Shown piece after piece: positions 1 through 9,416 of a stretch of DNA of 64,000 nucleotides; the stretch's first letter is position 1, and each line of letters starts with the position of its first letter. This DNA comes from Kofleriaceae bacterium. GTDB lineage: Bacteria > Myxococcota_A > Polyangia > Haliangiales > Haliangiaceae. Position numbers and translations under genes: made by a program. The notes below the pieces were generated by a model, which did no database searches, had not been told where the DNA came from, and was given only the letters and a program-made list of their open reading frames with translations. The DNA is taken from contig CBDCCZ010000006.1 in the NCBI GenBank assembly GCA_965215005.1, positions 32,001 to 96,000 of the forward strand, written 5' to 3'.

Positions 1-699
1 GCTGCCAGATAAATCGACCGACTCCGAGTAGACCGCTTCACCACGGTCATCGAGGACCTGCACCGTCACTTGCCCAAACCCATAGAGCTCACGAAACGAT
101 GAGCGGCTGTGGTCGGCGTTGTTGATGATGGAAATTTTCTCGATGCATTCGCTGGCCGTGCCGGTCCACTCGTAGACGCTCGGTTGGCCGCCTTGCTCGG
201 GCCCGCTCGAGAACCACGACGTGGATAGATCCCCATCGACCGCGAGCGGCGCTGCGTAAGCGCTTCCGAAAATGGTAGACGCCTGCACCCGTCCTTCGCT
301 TGCAATGGGCACCGAAAGTCGCGCCTCACCCTCGCACTCGAGCGCCTCCGGGCCGCTGCACGCGAACGTCCCAGTTCCGCATGCGCCGCACGGCGCTCCC
401 GGCGCTGCAGCCAAGACCGCGCTGCCGCCGCAGCCGTTGACGGCAGCGACGCCTGCATCGGCGGCAGAGGTTGCCACGCAGCGGCCACCCAAATCCGCCG
501 CGGCTGAATCGTCCCACCGATAGTCCCCCTCGCAGCTCGAGTCTCGGAACGCGCAGAAGCCTTCTGGCTGGATGCATACACCGATGCTGTCGCCATGCTG
601 GCAGAACTCGTCTTGCGTGCAAACAATTTCGCTAGAGTCAGCGCCACAAGCCGCTAGCAGCGCGCATGCAGCAAGGATTGCGGTCAACGTGGCCGGCAT
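1..699 (-). CDS. Cys-rich lipoprotein with probable discoidin/F5-8 type C-like domain (3' end runs off the window)
   Basis: Not in the ORF track. Manual translation from ATG 699 gives MPATLTAILAACALLAACGADSSEIVCTQDEFC (lipobox LAAC), then Cys-rich segments, then QASTIFGSAYAAPLAVDGDLSTSWFS. The frame is open to position 1. Confidence 0.7.
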   Translation of the reverse strand, partial: MPATLTAILAACALLAACGADSSEIVCTQDEFCQHGDSIGVCIQPEGFCAFRDSSCEGDYRWDDSAAADLGGRCVATSAADAGVAAVNGCGGSAVLAAAPGAPCGACGTGTFACSGPEALECEGEARLSVPIASEGRVQASTIFGSAYAAPLAVDGDLSTSWFSSGPEQGGQPSVYEWTGTASECIEKISIINNADHSRSSFRELYGFGQVTVQVLDDRGEAVYSESVDLSGS

Positions 700-829
700 C
701 GGCGGGTACTTTGTCAGCCTCGAGCCTGCGTGAGAAGCCTCAAGTTCGCCCGCTCGTCGGCTCCGTAAGCGCGGCTACTCGTATGACGAGTCATGCCCGA
801 GGTCGTGGACGCGCGCACGTCGCGCCGGC

Positions 830-1432
830 TCACAACATGAGCGTGCCGCCGGTGCCGATGCCACCACCCGCCCCGTACGACGTCATATACGCGCTCCGGG
901 GCAGACGCTCGCGGGGCGCAACTTGCGCGTGCGGCTCGTCTGGAGTGGGCTCGGGCAGCGGATAATCCACAGGCTGCACCACCATGACGGGACACGCAGC
1001 CAGCTTCAAGAGTCGCTCTGGCACCGAGCCCACGAAGAACGGTACGCGGCCGCGTTCGCCATGACGCCCCACGATTAAGACGTCTGCCTCCACCTCTGCA
1101 GCCAAAGCAGCAAGCTCCTCGGTGGGTTGCCCGACTCGCGCGTGGAGGTGCACCGACCAATTCTCCAGCTCTTGAAGCGATTGGCCGAAGTCCCCGATCT
1201 TCCGACGCACCAGCGCGCGCAGCTCGGCCTCCACGGCAACCAGCTCCTCTCGATCATGCTCCGCATCGCGCTTCTTGAAAAAGCTGCGCGCGATAGAGAC
1301 TACCGTGGCCACGTGCAGCACCGGGCGGTCGTGCCGCCGAGCGGAATCGATGGCGTGCTCGACCACGGTCTCTGAAATGTCAGTGAAATCGATACCTGCG
1401 ACGATGTGAAACTCGCGAATGTCCGAGCTCAT
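830..1432 (-). CDS. Universal stress protein (UspA family)
   Basis: IVAGIDFTDIS N-terminal motif; ADVLIVGRHG...VGSVPERLLKLAACPVMVV. Confidence 0.9.
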   Translation of the reverse strand: MSSDIREFHIVAGIDFTDISETVVEHAIDSARRHDRPVLHVATVVSIARSFFKKRDAEHDREELVAVEAELRALVRRKIGDFGQSLQELENWSVHLHARVGQPTEELAALAAEVEADVLIVGRHGERGRVPFFVGSVPERLLKLAACPVMVVQPVDYPLPEPTPDEPHAQVAPRERLPRSAYMTSYGAGGGIGTGGTLML

Positions 1433-1493
1433 GCTTCCTCCTTGCGGGCAATCGCGCTGTGAAGACTACTGGCGCCATCGCTGGGGTCAGCCG

Positions 1494-1509
1494 TGCATGG
1501 AGCAGGCCA
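1494..1509 (-). promoter_or_regulatory. Putative sigma54 -24/-12 promoter for the usp gene
   Basis: Minus strand TGGCCTGCTCCATGCA (GG-N10-GC) upstream of 1432. A divergent near-match TGGAACGAGACTTGTA at 1535-1550 faces pcm. Confidence 0.4.
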
Positions 1510-1568
1510 GGAATCCGGCACCGCGCCTAGGAAATGGAACGAGACTTGTATCGAGTCCTTGTCCACCC

Positions 1569-2222
1569 ATGACTCACGACGAATCAGAGATGGCGCTGCT
1601 CCGCGAGCGGATGGTGCACACGCAAATCGCCGAGCGCGGCCTGCGCGACGAGCAGATTCTCCTCGCCATGCTCGCTGTCGCTCGACATCGATTCGTGCCC
1701 GAAGAGCTCGCAGCGATGTCGTACGCCGACCGACCGCTGCCTATCGGCGAAGAGCAAACCATCTCGCAGCCGTTCGTCGTCGCGCTGATGACGCGGGCGC
1801 TGCTACTGCAGCCTAGCGACAACGTTCTCGAGATTGGCACCGGGTCGGGGTACGCCGCTGCGGTTCTGTCGCGGTTGGTCGCGCGGGTCTACACGATCGA
1901 ACGAAGGCCGGCGCTCGCGCAAGCGGCCGCCGAGCGCCTCGCCGCGCAGGGCTACGCCAACGTCGAGGTGCGCTGCGGCGACGGGACACTCGGCTGGGCG
2001 GAGGCAGCACCGTTTGACGCCATCGTGGTAACCGCGGGCGGCCCCGCGGTTCCGCAGTCGCTAGCCCTGCAGCTCGCGATTGGCGGCAGAATGGTGATTC
2101 CCGTCGGCGATCGCTCGAGTCAGGAGCTGGTGCGCGTGACGCGCCATGCGAATGGCTTCGAGCGGGAGGTGCTTGAGCAGGTGCGCTTCGTGCCGCTCGT
2201 GGGTGCTGGCGGATGGTCCTGA
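1569..2222 (+). CDS. pcm: Protein-L-isoaspartate(D-aspartate) O-methyltransferase
   Basis: QTISQPFVVA, VLEIGTGSGY SAM motif, APFDAIVVTA, VRFVPLVG. Start taken at MTHDESEM. Confidence 0.93.
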   Translation: MTHDESEMALLRERMVHTQIAERGLRDEQILLAMLAVARHRFVPEELAAMSYADRPLPIGEEQTISQPFVVALMTRALLLQPSDNVLEIGTGSGYAAAVLSRLVARVYTIERRPALAQAAAERLAAQGYANVEVRCGDGTLGWAEAAPFDAIVVTAGGPAVPQSLALQLAIGGRMVIPVGDRSSQELVRVTRHANGFEREVLEQVRFVPLVGAGGWS

Positions 2223-2252
2223 CCACGGCGCTGCCGTATGCTGAGTGGTGCA

Positions 2253-2687
2253 ATGGAACGTCTCACGGTCGGCGACATCATGGTCTCGGAGGTCATCACG
2301 CTGTCGCCCACCGCGACGGTGGCTCAAGCGCGCCAGGAACTAGACCTCAGCTGCATTCATCACCTGCCGCTCGTCGATGGTGACTACAAACTGTGCGGCC
2401 TGGTCACCCCGCGCGACCTCATCCGTTCCCGCGGAGACGCTCAGCGCCCGCTCTCCGAGCTGATGCGGACCGACATCAAGACCGCTCGACCCGACACGCC
2501 AGCGCACGAGGCGGCGTATCTCCTGCTGCGTTACCCCATCGGGTGCGTACCGGTGACCAGCGACGACAACACGCTCCTCGGTCTGATCACGGAGACCGAC
2601 TACGTTCGTATCGCGTATCGGGCGCTCGGCGGTCGCGTGCCCGTTGATGAGATCGAGCGCGAGGAACGCGACGCCGAGCTGGTTTGA
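2253..2687 (+). CDS. CBS domain pair protein
   Basis: TVGDIM...HHLPLVD...GLVTPRD and IGCVPV...GLITETD tandem CBS motifs. Confidence 0.88.
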   Translation: MERLTVGDIMVSEVITLSPTATVAQARQELDLSCIHHLPLVDGDYKLCGLVTPRDLIRSRGDAQRPLSELMRTDIKTARPDTPAHEAAYLLLRYPIGCVPVTSDDNTLLGLITETDYVRIAYRALGGRVPVDEIEREERDAELV

Positions 2688-2703
2688 CAAGCTAGCAGCG
2701 GAG

Positions 2704-3162
2704 CTAAAGCCGCTCGAGCCGCACCGGCCCCACCATCGGCAGCTCGACCACGAGCGCATCGTCTTGCCAACGCGCGTCCAGCGCGTGCACCTCATCCTGA
2801 TAGCGAACCCGCAGCTGCTCACCATCCCAGCTCAGCAGCTCGCCCTGCTCCGCTCGCTTCACCCCGCCCGCCGAAACAGTCGCGTACATCATTCCAGAAG
2901 CGTCGACTTGAATCTTTACGATCACCGTCCCGTGCTTTTCGGAAACGGTTGAGCCAGCCCAACCTCCTGCGAGTGACTCGACCTCGCTGCCCGCAGTCTC
3001 GCTGGCTCGCTCTGCAGCAGTTGCGCCGTCTCCCGAGCCGACGTTCTCGCCGCTCGCTTGCGGCGAAGGCGCGGGGTCGGCTTGCGGGGGCCGATCGCGG
3101 CTACACCCGAGCAATCCCAGTGCGATGTAGAGAACGAGCGCGCTTACATGGATGAACTGCAC
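2704..3162 (-). CDS. Hypothetical lipoprotein
   Basis: Signal peptide with lipobox LLGC, low-complexity linker, beta-rich C-terminus. Confidence 0.65.
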   Translation of the reverse strand: MQFIHVSALVLYIALGLLGCSRDRPPQADPAPSPQASGENVGSGDGATAAERASETAGSEVESLAGGWAGSTVSEKHGTVIVKIQVDASGMMYATVSAGGVKRAEQGELLSWDGEQLRVRYQDEVHALDARWQDDALVVELPMVGPVRLERL

Positions 3163-3234
3163 AGTTGCTCAACGTACTCGAGGCCCTCGCCCAGCGCCAT
3201 GACACACAGCCACTTCGCGGTATGTTCGCCGCCG

Positions 3235-5100
3235 ATGACCCGCGACTCAAACCTCATGCGCCGCGCGCGCGCGTGGCTCGACCAAGACACCGACCCCGTC
3301 ACTCGAAGAGAGCTCGAAGAGCTGATGCAACAGGGTGATGCGACCGAGCTGACCGAACGGTTCGCGGGTCGCCTGGAGTTCGGTACCGCCGGCATTCGCG
3401 GGATTCTCGGTGCCGGGCCGATGCGAATGAACCACGTCGTGGTCCGTGAAGTGACCGCGGGACTGGCCGACTACCTCCTCGACAACGTCGCGAATGCACG
3501 CGATGCCGGCGTGGTGGTTGCCTTCGACGGCCGCCGATATTCGCTGGAGTTCGCTCACGACGCCACTGCCGTACTGCTCGGCAAAGGGCTGCGCGTGTAT
3601 CTAGCAACCGATACGTTGCCAACTCCGACGACGGCGTTTTTGGTCACCGACAAAGCCGCGGCTGCTGGAGTGATGATTACCGCGAGCCACAACCCGCCCG
3701 AATACAACGGTTACAAAGTGTACTGGAGCAACGGCGCGCAGATCATCCCGCCACACGATGAAGGAATCGCTGCAGCCATCGCCCGCGTTGAACGCACCGA
3801 TCAGCTGGAGCTCGGGGACCTCGACGAGGCGCGGGCCAGCGGCCGGCTGGTCGAGCTCACAGATGCCGATGAGCGCCGCTACCTCGATGGCGTCCGCGGT
3901 CTCGCACGCGCGCCGGAACTCGTGCGCCAGCATCCGCTCACGATCGCGTATACGCCGCTCCACGGAGTCGGCGGTCGTTTTGTCGCCGCCGCAATGCGCG
4001 ACGCCGGCGTCGACGCGTTTCACATTGAACCGGGCCAAGCCGACCCAGATGGCGAGTTCCCCACGGTTGCATTCCCCAACCCCGAAGAGGAAGGCGCGAT
4101 GGACCGCGTGCTGGCGCTTGCCGAGCGCGTAAACGCCGACCTCGTCCTGGCCAACGACCCCGATGCTGACCGCCTCGCCGTGGCTATTGCCTCGCGCGAT
4201 GGCGGCTGGCGGCAACTCAGCGGCGATGAGGTCGGGGTTCTCCTTGCCGACTATCTGCTCCGTCATGAGCACGAACGTGAGCGGCTGCTGCGCTCCGGAA
4301 GCGATGACGCGGTCGACGGCCGCCGCGATGCGGGTCAAGCGACGCCGGCAACAGCCGCTCAAGGACTCTCGGCGTCGCCCTCACCGGTAGTTTTCCCAGC
4401 GGCGTCGGGCTCACGCCGCCAAGCACTGGTGGCAACGACGATCGTGTCGTCGTCGCTGCTTTCGCGCATGGCCAGCGCCGCAGGCGCGGCGTATCGCGAA
4501 ACGCTGACGGGGTTCAAGTGGATTGCCAACGCCGCCCTCGACGAACGGCGCAACCACGACCGTCACTTCGTGTTGGGTTACGAGGAAGCCCTTGGATACA
4601 GCGTGGGGGAGCTGGTCCGCGACAAAGATGGCGTGAGCGCAGCGATGCTGCTTGCCGAGCTGACCGCGTGGGCCAAGAGTCGCAAGCAAACCCTCGAAAC
4701 TTGGCTCGAGGATCTCTATCGCCAATTCGGTCTTTATCTAACCGAGCAGCAGTCAATCACCCTGCCGGGCAGTGATGGGCTCGAACAGATTCGCAGCATC
4801 ATGGAGCAGCTTCGCAGCGAGCCACCGACGGCCATTGGCGGCTTTGTGGTGGAGCGCTACCAAGATCTCAACCGTCCCGACAGCGAGCTGCCGCAGAGCG
4901 ACGTGCTCATCTATCGCCTCCAGGGCCGCCATCGAGTCATCGTTCGACCCTCTGGAACCGAGCCAAAGCTCAAGAGCTACTACGAGGTGTGCGAGCCCGT
5001 CGCCGCGGACGAGCCGGTTGCGGCCGCCGAGCAGCGAGCGCGGCAAACCCTGCAAACGCTGCGAAGTGCTCATCAAGCCACTATCTCCAGTTTGCTTTAG
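3235..5100 (+). CDS. Phosphoglucomutase/phosphomannomutase (alpha-D-phosphohexomutase)
   Basis: FGTAGIRG, ITASHNP phosphoserine loop, DPDADR metal loop, GYEEALG, RPSGTEPKLK. Confidence 0.93.
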   Translation: MTRDSNLMRRARAWLDQDTDPVTRRELEELMQQGDATELTERFAGRLEFGTAGIRGILGAGPMRMNHVVVREVTAGLADYLLDNVANARDAGVVVAFDGRRYSLEFAHDATAVLLGKGLRVYLATDTLPTPTTAFLVTDKAAAAGVMITASHNPPEYNGYKVYWSNGAQIIPPHDEGIAAAIARVERTDQLELGDLDEARASGRLVELTDADERRYLDGVRGLARAPELVRQHPLTIAYTPLHGVGGRFVAAAMRDAGVDAFHIEPGQADPDGEFPTVAFPNPEEEGAMDRVLALAERVNADLVLANDPDADRLAVAIASRDGGWRQLSGDEVGVLLADYLLRHEHERERLLRSGSDDAVDGRRDAGQATPATAAQGLSASPSPVVFPAASGSRRQALVATTIVSSSLLSRMASAAGAAYRETLTGFKWIANAALDERRNHDRHFVLGYEEALGYSVGELVRDKDGVSAAMLLAELTAWAKSRKQTLETWLEDLYRQFGLYLTEQQSITLPGSDGLEQIRSIMEQLRSEPPTAIGGFVVERYQDLNRPDSELPQSDVLIYRLQGRHRVIVRPSGTEPKLKSYYEVCEPVAADEPVAAAEQRARQTLQTLRSAHQATISSLL

Positions 5101-5277
5101 GCACACTTACGCACCTCGCGGCGCCAGATCGTCACATCGAGCAAAATGGCCACACACAGGTAGCAACGACGCTGCCGGTGAGTTTCGCTACCGTGTTCAC
5201 GACCACTGTGGCATGGTCTGCGGGCATCGAATGGCGGAAGCGAAACGCAATAGCGATCATGCGAGCGGAGGACGAAC

Positions 5278-5523
5278 GTGGTGACTCAACGCATCGAGAC
5301 TCTGGTAAACGGCGGCGACTGGGCCTGCGCACATGCAGATGACGCTTCGCTGGCGCAGGTTTGCCGCGAACTTGCCGAGGAGCTCTCTCCACAGCTCGCT
5401 GATCTTGCCGAGACCATCGCGCGCATGAGCGAAGCCGATCGCTTCGAGCACGCCACAGCACAGTGGATGCGGTTGGTGGCAGCGGTGCGCAATCCTCGCG
5501 GCTCTGCCACGGCGCCGAGTTAA
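5278..5523 (+). CDS. Small hypothetical helical protein
   Basis: 81-aa ORF with GGAGG SD-like sequence upstream and normal composition. Confidence 0.55.
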   Translation: MVTQRIETLVNGGDWACAHADDASLAQVCRELAEELSPQLADLAETIARMSEADRFEHATAQWMRLVAAVRNPRGSATAPS

Positions 5524-5888
5524 AGCCGCGGTCGCCACTCGCACGCGGCACGAGTCGTGGCGTGATAAGCGGCCGTGTGAAAGCGGGCACGCGGCCGATT
5601 TCCGCGCGGAAGCGCTGCTTCCAACGTCGGCTCAGCGTCGAGGTCGTCTCACCCGGCAGTAATTGCCCCTCCACATAGAGCCAATCTTCGTTGGCCGCCG
5701 GCAGTCGTTCAAATACGACTTGCGGTGCCCGCGGTTTAGTAACAATCTCTTGCACGAGCCGGACTGCCGGCCGCGTTCTCTTTTCGCCTCGTGGGGGAGC
5801 GAGGCGAGACGCCCTGCCCCGGAATTACCGCGCCACCGGGTCGCCGCAACCACGCGGCTTGGGTGCCGGCGCGCGGTGTTGGACGAGC

Positions 5889-7127
5889 ATGAGGATGAGT
5901 CAAACCGCCGAGAAATCCGAAGCCCGCCGCGAGCTCAGCGACTCGCTGGACGCGCTAAACGCATACTTTCGCGAGCTCACCGCGCACGACGTGCTGGCCG
6001 CCGACGACGAGCTCACGCTAGCACGCGAGATTGAAGACCATGACGTCGCTCTCTGGCGCCAGGTTCTCACGCATGCGCCTTCCGCGGTGTATCTCACCCA
6101 CTTGCTCGATGAGCGCATGGATGAGCCGCTCAATGAGCTAGCGAGCTTGCGAGTGCGCGCCGAAGCCGCGCGCAAGACGAGAAAACGCAGTGCTCGGCAA
6201 GCGCTCGAGCAGGAGGCCGAAACACTGGCTCCGCTGCTGCGCGGTCGCGACCTCGATAGGATCTATCGTGACCTCGTGCTCGGGGAGCTCGAGGTTCTCG
6301 CCAGTGCTCCCGAGCGCCGGCGTTTAGACGTGCCGCTGGGGTTTTCGCCGCGCTCCAGCGGATTCGCGCGTCACCTGCACTCGATACGGGCTTGCGAGCG
6401 GAGCGCTCAGCGCGCCCGCCAGGTGTTCGTCAACGCCAACTTACGGCTGGTGGTGACCGTTGCCCGTCGCTATTACCGCGGCACACTACCGCTCTCGGAT
6501 CTGATTCAAGAGGGCAACCTCGGCCTGATGAAAGCGGTTAATCGCTTCGACTACCGCCGCGGCTACAAGTTCTCCACGTACGCCACCTGGTGGATCCGCC
6601 ACACCGTCGGCCGCGCGCTCGCTAACAAAGGGAACGCTGTGCGGGTTCCGGTGCATGTCACCGATGCAATGCAGCGCGTGGGCCGAGTGCGGCGCGAGCT
6701 CTCGAGTCGGCTGGGCCGAGAGCCGAGCGCCGAGGAGCTGGCCGAGGCAGCGGAGTTATCGGTCGACAAGATCGCCGACCTCGAGCAGAACGTGCCCAAG
6801 TTCACGATGTCGCTCGATCAGCAAGTCGGCGACGATGACGGCCAGTCGCGTCTCGAAGTATTTCGCGATCCCAACGTCGAGCTCCATACGCCGTTCGATG
6901 CGCTGTTCGACAAGACCACGTGCAACGCGGTCGTGGAGCTGCTCGACAAGCTCAAGCCGGTCGAGTCCGACATCATCCGCCAACGCTTCGGCCTGGAAGG
7001 CGGCGATGAGCGCACGCTGCAGGAGATTGCGGATCAATACGGGCTGTCGCGCGAGCGCATTCGGCAGATCCAACAAGAAGCGCTGGGCAAGCTGCGGCGG
7101 GCGCTGCGCCGCAGCGACTGGCTCTAG
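5889..7127 (+). CDS. RNA polymerase sigma70-family factor (RpoD-like, no region 1.1)
   Basis: Region 1.2 LNAYFREL; region 2 ANLRLVV...DLIQEGNLGLMKAVNRFDYRRGYKFSTYATWWIR; region 4 TLQEIA...SRERIRQI. Confidence 0.92.
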   Translation: MRMSQTAEKSEARRELSDSLDALNAYFRELTAHDVLAADDELTLAREIEDHDVALWRQVLTHAPSAVYLTHLLDERMDEPLNELASLRVRAEAARKTRKRSARQALEQEAETLAPLLRGRDLDRIYRDLVLGELEVLASAPERRRLDVPLGFSPRSSGFARHLHSIRACERSAQRARQVFVNANLRLVVTVARRYYRGTLPLSDLIQEGNLGLMKAVNRFDYRRGYKFSTYATWWIRHTVGRALANKGNAVRVPVHVTDAMQRVGRVRRELSSRLGREPSAEELAEAAELSVDKIADLEQNVPKFTMSLDQQVGDDDGQSRLEVFRDPNVELHTPFDALFDKTTCNAVVELLDKLKPVESDIIRQRFGLEGGDERTLQEIADQYGLSRERIRQIQQEALGKLRRALRRSDWL

Positions 7128-7192
7128 TCCCCGTGGTCGTCACCTCATGTTCATGAGTGGCGGCGGCAGCCGCTGGCAGGTTAACCCCGAAG

Positions 7193-7208
7193 TGGCAAGC
7201 TTCCTGCA
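7193..7208 (+). promoter_or_regulatory. Putative sigma54 promoter
   Basis: TGGCAAGCTTCCTGCA (GG-N10-GC); the -12 C lies 14 nt before ATG 7221. Confidence 0.5.
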
Positions 7209-7220
7209 AACTCTCGGTTC

Positions 7221-7772
7221 ATGACCATCGCCAGCTACGAACCAGTTATCCTGCGTGTGGCCAACCGCACCGCTCTCGACAACGATGCTGCCAAGCGCAC
7301 CGTTGCCGTGGTCGTCGAGTCGATCGAACGTGGAGATCTCGCCGACCAAGACGATCTCGTGCACCGAGTGGCCGATGCACTGGACCTCGAGCTGAGCTTT
7401 GCCTTCGAGCACACGCAAGTCGTTTGCGAGGCAATCACCGAGCTGTGTGAGCCCTCGGCAACGGCGGTGCTCAAGGAAGCGGCGCCCAAAGATGTTCGCG
7501 AGCTTTTCATCGCCAGCCCGGACCGGCCCGAGTATCACGCACCTCACACTGTGACCCCCGAGGAGCCGCATACCTTGGCTGCGGGCCGTGGTGGCAGCAG
7601 TACGCCACTATTTGAAGCCGACGCCGATCGGGCGCAACACGAATCGGTTGCCACCAGCGATAACCCCCACGCTAGCGACAAGATCTCCTCTAGCGCGGGT
7701 AAGCAAGAAGGGCGAACACTGGCGAGTGGCGCACCAGGCTCTTCGCGACCCTTGAGTCAACCGAGGGACTAG
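7221..7772 (+). CDS. Hypothetical protein (DUF2267-like N-terminus, duplicated C-terminal motif)
   Basis: Helical N-terminal domain; repeated TLAAGRGGSSTPL / TLASGAPGSSRPL. Confidence 0.6.
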   Translation: MTIASYEPVILRVANRTALDNDAAKRTVAVVVESIERGDLADQDDLVHRVADALDLELSFAFEHTQVVCEAITELCEPSATAVLKEAAPKDVRELFIASPDRPEYHAPHTVTPEEPHTLAAGRGGSSTPLFEADADRAQHESVATSDNPHASDKISSSAGKQEGRTLASGAPGSSRPLSQPRD

Positions 7773-7823
7773 CAAGCATCGGCGCGGAAGCAGTCAACAG
7801 CCCGCGTATCAGCCGTCCTCAGA

Positions 7824-9416
7824 TCAGCGAGATTGGCCGCGGGCGGGGCCGGCGACGCGCGCCGCTTGGCGTGGCGTCGCGTGAAGGCGCTCGATCAACG
7901 CCGCGATGGCCTCGATCGCCACCGGCTTCGTCAGGTGCTCATCGAAGCCGGCAGCGAGGGCACGTTGGCGATCAAGTGCCTGGCCATAACCAGTCATCGC
8001 CACGAGCACCAACTGATGGCCTTCGTTGCGAACGCGGCTGGCTAGCTCATACCCGTTCATGCCGGGCAGCCCGACGTCGACGAGAGCAGCATGAGGAGGC
8101 TGAGCGAGGATGTGCTCAAGCCCCGCTTCGGCGGAGGCGCAGGCCGCAACCGTATAACCTCGGTTGGATAAGGCCAGCGTCAGCAACTCGCGTAGATCAT
8201 CGTTGTCTTCTACGAGCAGCAGGTGCAGCGCGTGACGCACGGCCTGAATGGCATCGTAGTCGCCCTCAGCGGTGGGAGCCGCGGCTATTGGCGCAGCGAC
8301 CTGCGGCAGCTCGACAATGAAGCTTGCCCCGTGGCCAATACCGTCGCTGCTGGCGCGGCAAGTGCCGCCGTGCAACTCCACTAGCCGAACAACGAGCGGC
8401 AGGCCAAGACCAAGGCCGCCATCCGCGCGATCGAGGCTCGCGTCGACCTGAAAGAACGGCTCGAAGATGGTCTCGAGGTCGGCCGCGGCGATGCCGATGC
8501 CTTCATCGCGCACTTCAATCTGCGCCGCACCGTCTACGGCGCGCACCGTCATAGAGGTGCGGCCGCCGGTGGGCGTATATTTGATAGCGTTGGTGAGTAG
8601 GTTGACCAGCACCTGGTTGAGGCGAAGCGCATCGGCGCTAACGTGCACCGGAGCGACCGGCAACGTCACGTCCAGCTCGACTTGCTTTCGCGCGGCGCGG
8701 CCAGCTACCTCTTCGATCGCCCGCCGCGCAAGCTCACAGGCATCAACGATGCTGCAATCGAGAACGATTTTGCCCGCGAGCACTCGTGAAACGTCGAGCA
8801 AGTCGTCGACAAGACGGCCGAGATTGCCGAGCTGCCGGTCGAGCACCGCGAGCGCCGCGGCGCTGCCGTCACCATCCGTGCGCAGAACATCCAACGCAGT
8901 CAAACTCGCCGCTAATGGGTTGCGCAACTCGTGGCCGAGCATCGCCAAAAACTGATCCTTCTTGCGATCTGCCTCGGATAGCCGCTCGAGCAGATTACGC
9001 GAGCGATATTGCCGCTGCCTCGAACGCAGCGCGGTTCGCACCACCGTGAGTAGCGAGTGGATACGGATCGGCCGCTCGAGAATCGTGATGTTGCTGATCG
9101 CTGCGATCCGCGGGTTGATCGAGGTGGTACGGGTGGCAGCTTTGGTGAACACCAAGAGGTGCAAATCCGACCAGTCTGGCTGCTCATCGAACAGCCGCAC
9201 CAGTCGATCGAGACCCGCGCTGCTCAGCGCTTCCTCCGCGATAATCGCCGTGCCTGCGCCGCGGGTTAGCTCGTCGCAGAGAGAACCATCTGTTGGGCAC
9301 TCCGCCCACGGCCAGCCCTGCTCTTCTAGAAAACGTCCGACCAAGGCGGCATCGCGCCCTACCGGGGTGCATACCAGCACGCGCGACTCGAGCTCGCCGC
9401 CCCCTCGCGCGCTCAC
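7824..9416 (-). CDS. Hybrid sensor histidine kinase/response regulator
   Basis: H-box LGHELRNPL, N-box NLLTNAIKY, G1 DEGIGI, G2 GGLGLGL, C-terminal REC (VDVGLPGMNG), N-terminal pseudo-REC. Confidence 0.93.
   Translation of the reverse strand: MSARGGGELESRVLVCTPVGRDAALVGRFLEEQGWPWAECPTDGSLCDELTRGAGTAIIAEEALSSAGLDRLVRLFDEQPDWSDLHLLVFTKAATRTTSINPRIAAISNITILERPIRIHSLLTVVRTALRSRQRQYRSRNLLERLSEADRKKDQFLAMLGHELRNPLAASLTALDVLRTDGDGSAAALAVLDRQLGNLGRLVDDLLDVSRVLAGKIVLDCSIVDACELARRAIEEVAGRAARKQVELDVTLPVAPVHVSADALRLNQVLVNLLTNAIKYTPTGGRTSMTVRAVDGAAQIEVRDEGIGIAAADLETIFEPFFQVDASLDRADGGLGLGLPLVVRLVELHGGTCRASSDGIGHGASFIVELPQVAAPIAAAPTAEGDYDAIQAVRHALHLLLVEDNDDLRELLTLALSNRGYTVAACASAEAGLEHILAQPPHAALVDVGLPGMNGYELASRVRNEGHQLVLVAMTGYGQALDRQRALAAGFDEHLTKPVAIEAIAALIERLHATPRQAARVAGPARGQSR

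Noticed and set aside
66..647. 193-aa ORF in the supplied track
   Set aside because: Wrong frame; the lipoprotein frame starting at 699 has a lipobox and domain-like sequence.
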